This document shows positions 1-9,686 of a stretch of 64,000 nucleotides of DNA, piece by piece. Source of the DNA: Planctomycetota bacterium (lineage in GTDB: Bacteria > Planctomycetota > MHYJ01 > JACPRB01); assembly GCA_016190175.1 (NCBI GenBank), contig JACPRC010000202.1:11750-75749 (forward strand), in the 5' to 3' direction. The notes under the pieces were generated by a model. That model saw nothing but the letters and a program-made list of their open reading frames with translations. It made no database searches and was not told where the DNA came from. The stretch's first letter is position 1. Each line of letters opens with the position of its first letter. A program made the position numbers and the translations under genes.

Positions 1-1
1 G

Positions 2-307
2 GCGCTGGAGCGGCTGGCGGGCTACGCCTGGCCCGGGAACGTACGCGAGCTGCAGAACGTCCTGGAGCGGCTCGTCGTCCTCTCGGGCGGAGGCGTCATC
101 ACGGCGGAAGAGACGGCGGCCTGCCTCCCGGCCGGCGCAACCGCCCCCGCCGGCGGCGGCCTCGGCTCCGCCCGCGCCGAGGCGGAGCGCCACGCGATCG
201 AGCGCGCCCTCCGGGAGACCGACGGCAACCGCACCCGCGCCGCGAAACTCCTCGGCGTCAGCCGCCGCACGCTGCACAACAAGCTCAACGAATACGGCAT
301 CGAATGA
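2..307 (+). CDS. Sigma54-dependent enhancer-binding protein (NtrC-like), C-terminal part; 5'-truncated by the window edge
   Basis: Manual translation from base 2: ALERLAGYAWPGNVRELQNVLER...GNRTRAAKLLGVSRRTLHNKLNEYGIE*. WPGNVREL (AAA+ C7) motif and a Fis-type HTH. Confidence 0.92.
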   Translation, partial: ALERLAGYAWPGNVRELQNVLERLVVLSGGGVITAEETAACLPAGATAPAGGGLGSARAEAERHAIERALRETDGNRTRAAKLLGVSRRTLHNKLNEYGIE

Positions 308-312
308 AGGCG

Positions 313-404
313 AGCTTTCAGCCATCAGCGATCAGCCCTCAGCAAGACCGACGAAACGCCCTTCTTGCTGATAGCTGATAGCTGATTGCTGACGGCTGAT
401 CGCT
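313..404. repeat. Inverted heptamer arrays (TCAGCNN)n...(NNGCTGA)n
   Basis: tcagcca tcagcga tcagccc tcagcaa ... ttgctga tagctga tagctga ttgctga cggctga, between convergent genes. Confidence 0.85.
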
Positions 405-414
405 TGCACGGCGG

Positions 415-2286
415 TCATTTCCCTTCCAGCGCCTTGAGCGCCTTCTCGATGTCGATGCCGGGACCGAGGGGGGCGTCGTCGCCGAGCCCGCCCCCGAACA
501 TCATCCGCAGGAGTTCCTTCGGCTTCATCCCGAGGGCCGGAAGCGCCTGACGGAGGTTGGCTGCGACCTCGGGCGCGAAGATCGTGTCGAGCACGAAATC
601 CCCCGAGTCGTCCACCCCGAGGTCCTCGTCCCCGTGCGTCTCCTCGAACCAGCGGCGGAAGACCGCCTTCGCGCCGATCGCCTCGGTCCATTCCCGGGGA
701 GAGACGAGGCGGAAGCGGAACCGCGCGACCGCTTCGCGGATCGCCCCGTGCAGTCGCCCGTCGCCGAGCGACTTCCGGAGTTCGACGTAGGCGTAGGGGG
801 CCTTTCCGTAGACGAGTCCCGCGTACTCGATCGGCGAACGGAACGTCGCGGCATCGCGCAGGACCGGCCGGTCCGGACCGTCGAGAAGGCGGTAGAGCGC
901 ATAGTTCAGCTTCACGTTCATGTCCATCAGCGCCCGCGCCGCGGCCGCGCCGTGACGGTCCTCCATCGCCAGACCCGCCGCGTACTGCGCGAGCGGCTCG
1001 TCCAACGCGGGGCCGCGCCGGCTGTCCCCGCCGACGATGCCCGCGAAGTACTGGTGCGCCACCTCGTGCGCGACCGTGAACTCCAGCGCCGGATCCAGCG
1101 AGACCGCCGGCTTGTCCGAGTCGCCCGATGGCCCCAGCAGCTTCGCCAGCCCGCCCCACATCTTGAGGAGCGTCGCGAGCGGGCTCGTCGACTCTTCCGG
1201 CGGCCGATACAGCATCCCGGCGATCAGCACCATGGAGCAGAACTCCACCCCGCCCGCGCCGCCGACGAGCGAGGCTTCGACCACATCGAGTTCCGTGTAG
1301 GGATACGGGCCGAACCGCTTCTCGAACGACGCCAGCGCGGACGTCGCCGCGTCCAGCGCGGCCTTCCCGCCCCGCGCGTCCCGCTTCCGGAAGACGCTCG
1401 TCACGCGCGTCTCTCCGACCGTCCGGGACGCCCGTTCCAGGTCCCGGCCCGCGACGAGCACGAGGTCGCGAACCAGGGCGCCGGCGGACTCCGTCACCCT
1501 CGTCCCCTCCGGGCCGTCCGCAGGCGCGCCGTCGACGAGGTTGGTGACGATCGACAGGCCCGCGGGAACGGCGGTCCTGACGCGGAAGATCGCCACGCCG
1601 TTGTACGCGAGGTCGCCCACCCGCGCGGGAAGCCCCGTGTCGAACTCCCCGTCGCGGTACGGCGCGGCCATCGGGTACGCGCTCGCCATCGTGAGGAGGC
1701 CGTCCCCCTTCGCAAGCAGGCCATAGTCCGCGACGCCGACGGACCCGAGCGAACCCAGCGAGGCCATGCCCTGCGCGTACGGGTCGTTCGCGTTCGCCTG
1801 CAGCACGCGGAAGCGACCCGAGTAGCGCACGGCGAGCGTCACGCGTTCGCCGGGGGCGACCGGCTTCCCGAATCCCACGAGGACCATGCCCGGCCGGGCC
1901 GCCTCCCACCGGGACGCGGGCCCCTCGAGCGTCTCCACGGAGGACACGGCCATCGCGCCCGCTCCGGGCTGCGCCGAACCGAGATCGGCCGCGTCGTTCG
2001 GGTGGAGCAGGAGCGGCAGCTTCTCGATCGGTCGTCCGGTGAGATTCGCGTACCGCAACGTCATCCGGGCGGAGAAGGTCCCCGTCACGTCGTCCACCGC
2101 CTGGCGGATGTCGTAGAGCGGCAGGTCTTCGAGGCGGCGGATTCCGAGATGCCGTTCGATTCCGTCCCGAGCCTCGGGCCGCAAGAGTTCCAGGCCCGGC
2201 ACCTCGTCCGTCGCGGGCGGCGCCGGCGGGCGCGGGAGCGCGCATCCGATCGTCAGGGAAAGCGCCAGCAGGGCCGCATTTCGCAT
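415..2286 (-). CDS. M1-family (gluzincin) zinc metallopeptidase, putative lipoprotein
   Basis: HEVAH...DEPLAQY zinc motif; GGVEF (GAMEN-like) motif; start MRNAALLALSLTIGC (lipobox-like) with GGAGG RBS. Confidence 0.85.
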   Translation of the reverse strand: MRNAALLALSLTIGCALPRPPAPPATDEVPGLELLRPEARDGIERHLGIRRLEDLPLYDIRQAVDDVTGTFSARMTLRYANLTGRPIEKLPLLLHPNDAADLGSAQPGAGAMAVSSVETLEGPASRWEAARPGMVLVGFGKPVAPGERVTLAVRYSGRFRVLQANANDPYAQGMASLGSLGSVGVADYGLLAKGDGLLTMASAYPMAAPYRDGEFDTGLPARVGDLAYNGVAIFRVRTAVPAGLSIVTNLVDGAPADGPEGTRVTESAGALVRDLVLVAGRDLERASRTVGETRVTSVFRKRDARGGKAALDAATSALASFEKRFGPYPYTELDVVEASLVGGAGGVEFCSMVLIAGMLYRPPEESTSPLATLLKMWGGLAKLLGPSGDSDKPAVSLDPALEFTVAHEVAHQYFAGIVGGDSRRGPALDEPLAQYAAGLAMEDRHGAAAARALMDMNVKLNYALYRLLDGPDRPVLRDAATFRSPIEYAGLVYGKAPYAYVELRKSLGDGRLHGAIREAVARFRFRLVSPREWTEAIGAKAVFRRWFEETHGDEDLGVDDSGDFVLDTIFAPEVAANLRQALPALGMKPKELLRMMFGGGLGDDAPLGPGIDIEKALKALEGK

Positions 2287-2308
2287 GGGTCTTCCTCCAA
2301 TCGGGATG

Positions 2309-2337
2309 TTGGACGCTCCCGGCCGCCCGCGGGTTCC
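2309..2337 (-). promoter_or_regulatory. Putative ECF sigma promoter for the M1 peptidase
   Basis: Minus strand GGAAC-N17-CGTCCAA, 22 nt upstream of the ATG. Confidence 0.5.
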
Positions 2338-2395
2338 CGGAACGGATGCGCCGCGCCGCGTGTTACAGTTCCGTGTTCGATTCGGAGGGCCGACG

Positions 2396-4771
2396 ATGCG
2401 CGCGTTCTCGCTTCTTCTGTTGCTCGGTTCGACTTTCGTCCCCGTCCCGGCCGCGGGAGGCCCCGACCTCGTCTCCGACGCCTCGCAGTACGACGGCCAG
2501 CCCGCGCTCGCCGTCGACGCCGCCGGCGCGCCGTGGGTCGCGTGGGTCGGGTTCGCGAAGGACAAGGGCGACCAGGTCTTCTGCGCCCGGCGCGCGGACT
2601 CCGGCTGGTCCCGCCCCGTCGCCGTCACGACGAAACCCGGGAACTACGTCCGCCCCGCGATCGCCTGCTCGGGCGAGACGGCGCACGTCTTCTGGACCGC
2701 CACGACCGAGGAGAAGACCTCGATCTGGATGTCGCGCTGCGCGGCGGGGAAATGGTCCGAGCCCGCGCGCGTGTCGCCCGCCGACGGCTATCACCAGAAC
2801 CCCGAGGCCTGCGTCGATCCGCAAGGGCGGGTCTGGCTCACGTGGCAAGGGTTCGTTCGCGGCAACTACGACATCTTCCTCGCCTCGTTCGACGGCGCGC
2901 GGTGGTCCGATCCCGCGACCGTGACCGCCGATCCCGGCAACGACTGGGACCCCGCGATCGTGTGCGACTCGACGGGCAAGATCACCGTTGCGTGGTGCTC
3001 GTTCCGGGAGGCGGACTACGACCTCTACCTGGCGTCGTACGCCGACGGGAAGCTGTCCGGCGAGACGCGCCTGAGCGATCACGGCGGCTATGACCTCCAC
3101 CCGTGGCTCGCGGTGGACGCGAAGGACCGCGTCTGGTGCGCGTGGGACCGCATCGCCATGCCGTACCACGGCGACTCCGGCGGCACGATGGAGGACCGCG
3201 ACCGGAGCGGCGAGCGCAAGGAGCGGCCGAAGGCGGAGATCGTCCTACGCTGCTTCGACGGATCGAAGTTGCTGCGTCCCGTGCGGGCGCTCCCGGATCT
3301 CCCGAAGGGCTACACGCTCCAGCACTGCGGTTACCCGAAGATCGCGGTCGATCGCGCCGGGACCGTGTTGCTCTTCCATCGCGCCCTGATGCACGAGGCG
3401 GGAGGGAAACCGAGGGAGCGGCGCGGGACGGGCTACTGGTGGGACGTGATCGCGACGCGACTCGACGGCGACCGCTGGAGCGCGCCCCTCGTGCTGGAGA
3501 AGAGCGACGGCTATCTCGAGGAACCCGCCGTCGGCCTCGGCGCCGACTCCGTCTGGATCGCGTACCAGATGGAGCACCGCGGCCTGCCGGACGACGACGA
3601 CGACGGGGACCACCACGTCGGGATGAGGCCGCTCGGCGAGAACGGCGACATCTACGTCACGAAGCTCGCCGCCGGGCGCGCCGCGGAACCCGCGCTGGAG
3701 GCCGCGCCCGCGCTCTCGAAGGAGCCGAGCGCGCTCTCGAGGCGATTCGTCCCCCGCAGCGCGGCGAAATACGAGATCGAGTACGGCGGCACGAAGTACG
3801 CCGCCCTCTTCGGCGACCTCCACAAGCACTCGAACATCTCGCGCTGCTCGTCGGGCACCGAACCGTCGCTCGACGACCACTACCGCTACTCGCACGACGT
3901 GTGCCGCTACGACTTCATGATGATGTCGGACCACTCGCAGCACACGACGGACTTCAACTGGTGGAAGCTCCAGAAGAGCGCGGACCTCTACTACATCCCC
4001 GACTACTTCGTGACGCTGTTCGGTTACGAGGCGTCGAACCGCCACCCGATCGGCCACCGCAACATCGTCTTCCCGGCGCGGCCCGCGCCCATCATCCGCA
4101 GCACGCTCGACGGCGGCCGGACGGGCCGCGAGATCTGGAAGGCCCTCGACGGCGTGCGCGCGATCACGATCCCGCACACGTCGGCCGACCCGGGCATGGG
4201 CACGGACTGGCGCGAGCACGACCCGAAGTTCGAGCGGCTCGTCGAGATCTTCCAGGCCTGCCGCGGCTCCTACGAGTCCGACGGCTGCCCCCGGCAGCAC
4301 TCGAAGGCCACCGCGAAGGGCGGCTTCGTGCAGGACGCGCTCGCGAAAGGCTACAAGCTCGGCATCATCTCCTCGACCGACCACGGCTACGGCGTCTCGT
4401 ACGCGATCGTCTACGCGAAGAGCGCAACGCGCGAGGACGTCTTCGACGCGCTCTACAACCGGCGGTGCTACGCCTCGACGGCGTACGGGATCGTCCTCGA
4501 CTTCCGCGCGGACGGGCACCTCATGGGCGAGGAGATCGCGACGGACAAGGACGTCGCGCTGTCGGTCTTCGCGCGCGGCTACGCGAAGATCCGGAGCGTC
4601 GAGATCATCCGCGACGGCAAGGTCGCGCACTCGTGGAAGCCGGAGCGGGCGGAGGCGAAGTTGGAGTGCCGCGACGACGCGGCGAAGGGCGCGCACTACT
4701 ACTACGCGCGCGTCATTCTCGAGGACGGCGAGATCGCGTGGTCGAGCCCGGTGTGGGTGGACGTCAAATAG
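2396..4771 (+). CDS. Secreted protein: N-terminal beta-propeller-like repeats plus C-terminal PHP-like (DUF3604/CehA-McbA-type) metallohydrolase
   Basis: Signal peptide MRAFSLLLLLG; repeated P-alxxD-xxGxxWxAW units; GDLHKHS, SDH, GHRN and SSTDH metal-binding motifs. Confidence 0.75.
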   Translation: MRAFSLLLLLGSTFVPVPAAGGPDLVSDASQYDGQPALAVDAAGAPWVAWVGFAKDKGDQVFCARRADSGWSRPVAVTTKPGNYVRPAIACSGETAHVFWTATTEEKTSIWMSRCAAGKWSEPARVSPADGYHQNPEACVDPQGRVWLTWQGFVRGNYDIFLASFDGARWSDPATVTADPGNDWDPAIVCDSTGKITVAWCSFREADYDLYLASYADGKLSGETRLSDHGGYDLHPWLAVDAKDRVWCAWDRIAMPYHGDSGGTMEDRDRSGERKERPKAEIVLRCFDGSKLLRPVRALPDLPKGYTLQHCGYPKIAVDRAGTVLLFHRALMHEAGGKPRERRGTGYWWDVIATRLDGDRWSAPLVLEKSDGYLEEPAVGLGADSVWIAYQMEHRGLPDDDDDGDHHVGMRPLGENGDIYVTKLAAGRAAEPALEAAPALSKEPSALSRRFVPRSAAKYEIEYGGTKYAALFGDLHKHSNISRCSSGTEPSLDDHYRYSHDVCRYDFMMMSDHSQHTTDFNWWKLQKSADLYYIPDYFVTLFGYEASNRHPIGHRNIVFPARPAPIIRSTLDGGRTGREIWKALDGVRAITIPHTSADPGMGTDWREHDPKFERLVEIFQACRGSYESDGCPRQHSKATAKGGFVQDALAKGYKLGIISSTDHGYGVSYAIVYAKSATREDVFDALYNRRCYASTAYGIVLDFRADGHLMGEEIATDKDVALSVFARGYAKIRSVEIIRDGKVAHSWKPERAEAKLECRDDAAKGAHYYYARVILEDGEIAWSSPVWVDVK

Positions 4772-4846
4772 ACCCCCAGCGCCATTCCTGAACCGCGGAT
4801 TCAGCGGCGAGAATCCAGCGGAGGCCGGAGCGGGTCGGCGCTAACC

Positions 4847-5070
4847 CGGCCTATTCAGGGAGGTTCTCGGCCGCAGGCCGAGAACTCGTGAATAGGCCGC
4901 CCGCGGCGCCACCCTGACGAGCAATAGTGCGCCGCGGGCCGCCCGTCGCGCGAGACACGGAGTGTCGAGCGCGATGGAGCGGGGTTGTCCAGCGGAATCG
5001 GCCCGCGGGGCCGATGGAACTGCCCGGAGGGTGCCTTATTCATCCGGGCGGCGGAGCCCGGATGAATAAG
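4847..5070. repeat. Two related REP-like palindromes (4847-4899, 5035-5070)
   Basis: cggcctattca...tgaataggccg and cttattcatccgggc...gcccggatgaataag share TATTCA/TGAATA arms; between convergent genes. Confidence 0.7.
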
Positions 5071-5075
5071 TCAGG

Positions 5076-6584
5076 CTAACCGCACCCCTCCGGGAGTTCC
5101 AGACGCGCGAGCGGAATGGGAGGATCGTCGCGGTGGCGCCACTCCGCGGTATGGAGATCCTGCGCGTAGTCCGCCGCCCACCGCCGCCAGTTCTCGGCGA
5201 TGTCGGGGACCGCCCGGAGGAGAACGCCGAAGTCCTCCTCGCTCACCGTGGGCCCGAGCGTGATCCGGACCCAGCCCGGCTTCGCCGCGGCCTCGCCGCG
5301 ATCGAGCGCCCGGCGGATGGCCTCCGATTCCTCGCGCTCGATCCCCAGGAGATCATGCCCATAGGTGCCCGCGCACATGCAGCCTCCGCGCACCTGGATG
5401 CCGTAGAGGTCGCTCAAGAGGCGCACCGCGAGATGGTGGTGCACGCGACCGCCGTCCAGGATGACCGAGAGGATGGCGAGGCGCTCGGCTTCGAGGGAGC
5501 CCAGGATGCGGATCTTCGGATGGTCTCGCCAGGCGGCGATGGCGCGCGCGACGTAGTCCTTCTCGATCGCCTGGATCCGGGAGACTCCGACGGCGCGCTT
5601 GAGATCGAATACGAGCCCCGCCCGGATGATCTGCACGATCGGCGGCGTCCCCCCTTCCTCGCGATGCTGGAGATCGTCGAGGTAGCGGTATTCCCATGGC
5701 GACGTGTAGAGAACCGTGCCTCCGCCGGGTTCGACCGGCGCGCGGTTCTGGAAGAGGGCGCGATTGACGAGGAGAAGGCCGGGGGTCTGCGGACCTCCCA
5801 GAAACTTGTGCATGGAGAGGAAGACCGCGTCTTTCCGAAGCCGGTCGTCGGGATCGGGCGGGTGAAGGTCCACGTCGACGTAGGGCGCCGCGGCGGCGAA
5901 ATCGAAACAGGCGTAGCCCCCGTGCTCGTGCATGACGCGGGCGAGGGCGTCGCAATCCGATCGGATGCCGGTCACGTTGGAGGCCGCGCTGAACGTGCCG
6001 ATCTTGAGCGGCCGATCGCGGCAGGACGGGAGCGAGAGCAGACGATCGAGGTCCCGCCAGTCGGGTCGGCCGTGCGCGTCGTAGCCGATCGTCTGGTTTT
6101 CGGCGATCGTCTCGCGCCACGGAAGATCGTTCGAGTGATGCTCCATGCGCGTGCGCACGACGAGCGGCCGCTTCTCGGGCGGGATGCGCTCGTCGAGACG
6201 AAGTTCCTTCGCCAGGGCATCGGCCACGCGAAGCCCGAGGATGCCGATGAACTTGTTCACCGCGCCCGTCGCGCCCGATCCGGTGAAAATGACGACGTCG
6301 TCCTCGCGGGCGTTCACCGCCTCCCGCGCCTTGCGGTGGGCCTCGTCCACCTGGGCGGTCATGAAGCGGCCCGTCGCGCTCGCCTCGGTATGCGTGTTCG
6401 CCATCATCGGGAGGATCGCGCCCCGGATGATATCTTCGATCGGGCCGAAGGGCAGGCCGGAGGCGGTCTGGTCGAAGTATCGCTTGCGCTGAGGGCCGTA
6501 GGGCGTGACGAAGCCGGTGTCGCGACCGATCACGTGATCGCGCATCCACCGGAGCACCGCATCCTTCGCGAGATCGAACGCCAT
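5076..6584 (-). CDS. Aminotransferase class V / cysteine desulfurase-like PLP enzyme
   Basis: YFDQTASG, ANTHTE, MEHHSN, DFAAAAPY, SMHKFLGG (PLP Lys), RGGCMCAG motifs; start trimmed to MAFDLAK. Confidence 0.88.
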   Translation of the reverse strand: MAFDLAKDAVLRWMRDHVIGRDTGFVTPYGPQRKRYFDQTASGLPFGPIEDIIRGAILPMMANTHTEASATGRFMTAQVDEAHRKAREAVNAREDDVVIFTGSGATGAVNKFIGILGLRVADALAKELRLDERIPPEKRPLVVRTRMEHHSNDLPWRETIAENQTIGYDAHGRPDWRDLDRLLSLPSCRDRPLKIGTFSAASNVTGIRSDCDALARVMHEHGGYACFDFAAAAPYVDVDLHPPDPDDRLRKDAVFLSMHKFLGGPQTPGLLLVNRALFQNRAPVEPGGGTVLYTSPWEYRYLDDLQHREEGGTPPIVQIIRAGLVFDLKRAVGVSRIQAIEKDYVARAIAAWRDHPKIRILGSLEAERLAILSVILDGGRVHHHLAVRLLSDLYGIQVRGGCMCAGTYGHDLLGIEREESEAIRRALDRGEAAAKPGWVRITLGPTVSEEDFGVLLRAVPDIAENWRRWAADYAQDLHTAEWRHRDDPPIPLARLELPEGCG

Positions 6585-6725
6585 CGGCCCGTCACTATAG
6601 TGGAATTCGCCCCTCCCGACAATCTCGAGTCCGCCGCAAAAAGTCTCTTCCTTTTCCCGCATCGGGCCCTCCGCGGCGCGCATTCGCACCCACCCCCCCG
6701 CAGTCTTGGGATACAATCCTGCCGC

Positions 6726-9676
6726 ATGGACACGCCCGAGGACTCCGACCTCCTCTTCGGTCGGCTCGTCGTCGAGCAGAAGCTCGTCCGGCCGGAACAC
6801 GTCCGGGAGTGCCTGGGCGTGCAGGCCGCGCTCGCCGCGCAGGGCGCCTCCCCCCTCCCGCGGTTGGGCGAGCTGCTCGTCCAGCGGGGCTACCTCACGC
6901 CCGCCCAGTTCGGGCAGACGATGGGCGCTTCCGGAGCCGCCCCCTCCTCCTCCCCGCCTTCGGACACCCCCGAGGGCGAGCGCTTCGGCAAGTACGTCAA
7001 GACGAGGAGGCTCGGCGAAGGCGGGATGGGCGAGGTATGGAAAGCGTGGGACGGCGGCCTTCGCCGTTGGGTCGCCCTCAAGCTCCTCAAGAACGACGAC
7101 GCCAGCGACATCGCCCGCTTCAAACGGGAGGCCCAGACCGCCGGCGCCCTCAACCACCCGAACATCGCGGCGGTCTACGAAGTCGGCGAGGTCGCCGGCA
7201 AGCACTTCATCGCGATGCAGTTCGTCGAGGGGCAAACTCTCTGCGACTACCCGCGCCGCGACCGGCGGCGGCTCGTCGGGTTCATCCGCGACGCGGCCCT
7301 GGCGGTCCACGCGGCGCACCGGCAGGGAATCCTCCACCGGGACCTCAAGCCGGCCAACCTGATGGTGGGCGAGCCGGGCCGCCGGGTCTACGTGATGGAC
7401 TTCGGGCTCGCCAAATCCATGGACCTCCACAGCCCTCTCTCCGTCTCCGGAGCCGTCGTCGGCACGCCCGACTACATGAGCCCCGAGCAGGCGCGCGGGC
7501 TGGTCCACCGGCTCGATGCGCGCTGCGACGTCTACTCGCTCGGCGCGACCCTGTACGAGCTCCCGGCGAACCGCAAGCCGTTCGACGAGTCCGACGTCTT
7601 CGAGCTTCTTCGGAAGGTGGTCGACGTGGACCCCGAGCCGGTGCGGCGGGTCGAGCCGAAGATCGATCGCGATCTCGAGACGGTCGTGATGAAGTGCATG
7701 GAGAAGGACCCCGCGCGGCGATACGCGACGGCGCTGGAGCTGGCGAAGGACCTGACGCGGTACATCGACGGCCGCCCCATCCTTGCCCATCCGCCGTCGG
7801 TGACCTACCGGGTTTCGAAGTTCCTCGCGCGAAGGAAGGGGATCGTGGCGGCGGGCGCCGTGGCGTGCGCGGGGCTCCTCTTTGCCGCAGGCTATTGGCT
7901 GGCCCTCCGGCGCCAGGCGCAGGGCTGGGCGCGTGAGGGGGAGGCGAAGGCGCGGGCCGGAGAGTATGAGGAGGCGAAGCGCCTCTTCGACCGGGCGAGC
8001 GCGCGCATCGCGGTGAACGAGGACCTCTACCGGCAATGCGAGGCAAAGCTCTCGGAGCGCCGCGCCCAGGCGGAGGCGAAGAGACGCGAGGACGCGATCC
8101 TCGGGCCCCTCCGCGCGCGTCTGGCGCAGCTCCCCGAGAGTCCGGACGGATGGAGTCGCGGGCTCCGACTGCTGGAGCAGGCCCTGAGGGAGTTCGACGG
8201 CTCCAGCGAAACCTGGATGCTCAAGGGCACGCTTCACCAGAGGCTCTTCGAGTGGGACGACGCCTTGGAATCGTACCGGCGGGCCCTGGCGCTGAATCCG
8301 CGTCTCGGTGCGGCGCATTACCGGAGAGGGATGATCCTGCTCGAGGCGAAGGAGCGCCGGGATGAGGCCCTCGTGGAATTCGAGCGGGCGCAGGAAGTGG
8401 AGCCCGATAACGAGTACGCGATGGCCGGGCGCGCGCGCGTCGCGAATCTCAGGGGCGATCCTGCGGGGGCACTGAAGCTGTGCGACGAGGCGGTGCGGGG
8501 GGGGGACGGGCCGCCGATCTCTACTTCATTCGGGGGTGGACGTACGGGGACCCGGCCTGCCGGTTCTTCGATCCGGACCGCGCGATCGCCTGTTACACGA
8601 AGGTGCTCGATCTCGCGCCGCACTTTTGGGCGGCCCGGTACAATCGCGGCAAGGTCCGTCACAGAAAGGCGGAACGTCTCGTCGCCGCGGGACGGACCCG
8701 GGAGGCGGCCGCCGAGTGGGACGCCGCGCTGTCGGATTACGCGGAGATCCTGAAGTCGCTTCCGCGCAATGCCCAGGTCATCGCCGCCGCAGGAGAGGCG
8801 CGACTCGCCAGAGGAGATCCGAAGGGCGCCATCGACGCCTTCACGGCCGCCATCACGGTGGGCCCCGCTCCGGCCCTCCTCTACGTCTTTCGCGGCAACG
8901 CCCAGTACGCCGCGGGCGACTATGATGCGGCCCTGGCGGACTACGGGAAAGCGGTCCAGATCGACCCGGCCTGCACCGAAGCCCTCGTGGGCCGCGGGAA
9001 CGCCCGCTACATGAAACGCGACTACGACGGCGCCGTCGCCGACTACACGAAGGCGATCGCGCTCGCCCCACGCTACGCGAGGGCCTACGCGGGCCGGGCA
9101 CTCGCCTTCAACCGGAAGCGGGACTTCGACGCGGCCCACGCCGACTTCACCCGCGCGATCGAGATCGAGCCGCGCCACCCGCGCGCGCACTTCAACCGCG
9201 GCGTCGTGAGCGCCAACAGGGGCGACCTCGCCGGCGCCATCGAGGACTACACCAGGGCGATCGAGATCGAGCCTCGCGACGCCGATGCCTACATCAATCG
9301 CGCCCAGGCGCGCAAGACGCGGGGCGATATTCCGCGCGCGATCGACGACTACACCGGGACGATCATGATCCGCCCGCGCTTCGCCGAGGCGTACAACAAC
9401 CGGGCCGAGGCGCGCCTGACCGCGGGCGACCTGCGCGGATCGCTCCGGGATTGCGTGGAAGCGATCGGGATCAACCCCCGAATGCCGGAGGCGCATGCGC
9501 TGCGGGGCCTCGTTCGCGAAGCCCTGGCCCGCCGGGAATCGTCCTGCAGACGCGAGCACCTGGTGAACGCGGCGGCCGATCTCGATACGGCCCTCCGGCT
9601 CGGGTCCCCGCGCTGGCACCTTCGCGTCCTGGCGGAGTCCGTGCTTCGGCGCGTGCGCGAGGAATCGCGGAAATGA
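6726..9676 (+). pseudogene. Ser/Thr protein kinase with TM and TPR repeats, frameshifted at a G9 tract (8497-8505)
   Basis: LGEGGMGEV, VALK, HRDLKPAN, DFG and YMSPE in one frame; the TPR array continues in the frame of ORF 8480..9676. One extra G restores a single ORF. Confidence 0.85.
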
Positions 9677-9686
9677 ACCTGCGGCG

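Noticed and set aside
5076..8753. ORF-track 1080-aa and 1206-aa proteins as kinase/aminotransferase fusions
   Set aside because: Their N-terminal halves are antisense to the divergent neighbour; the real starts are 6584 (-) and 6726 (+).
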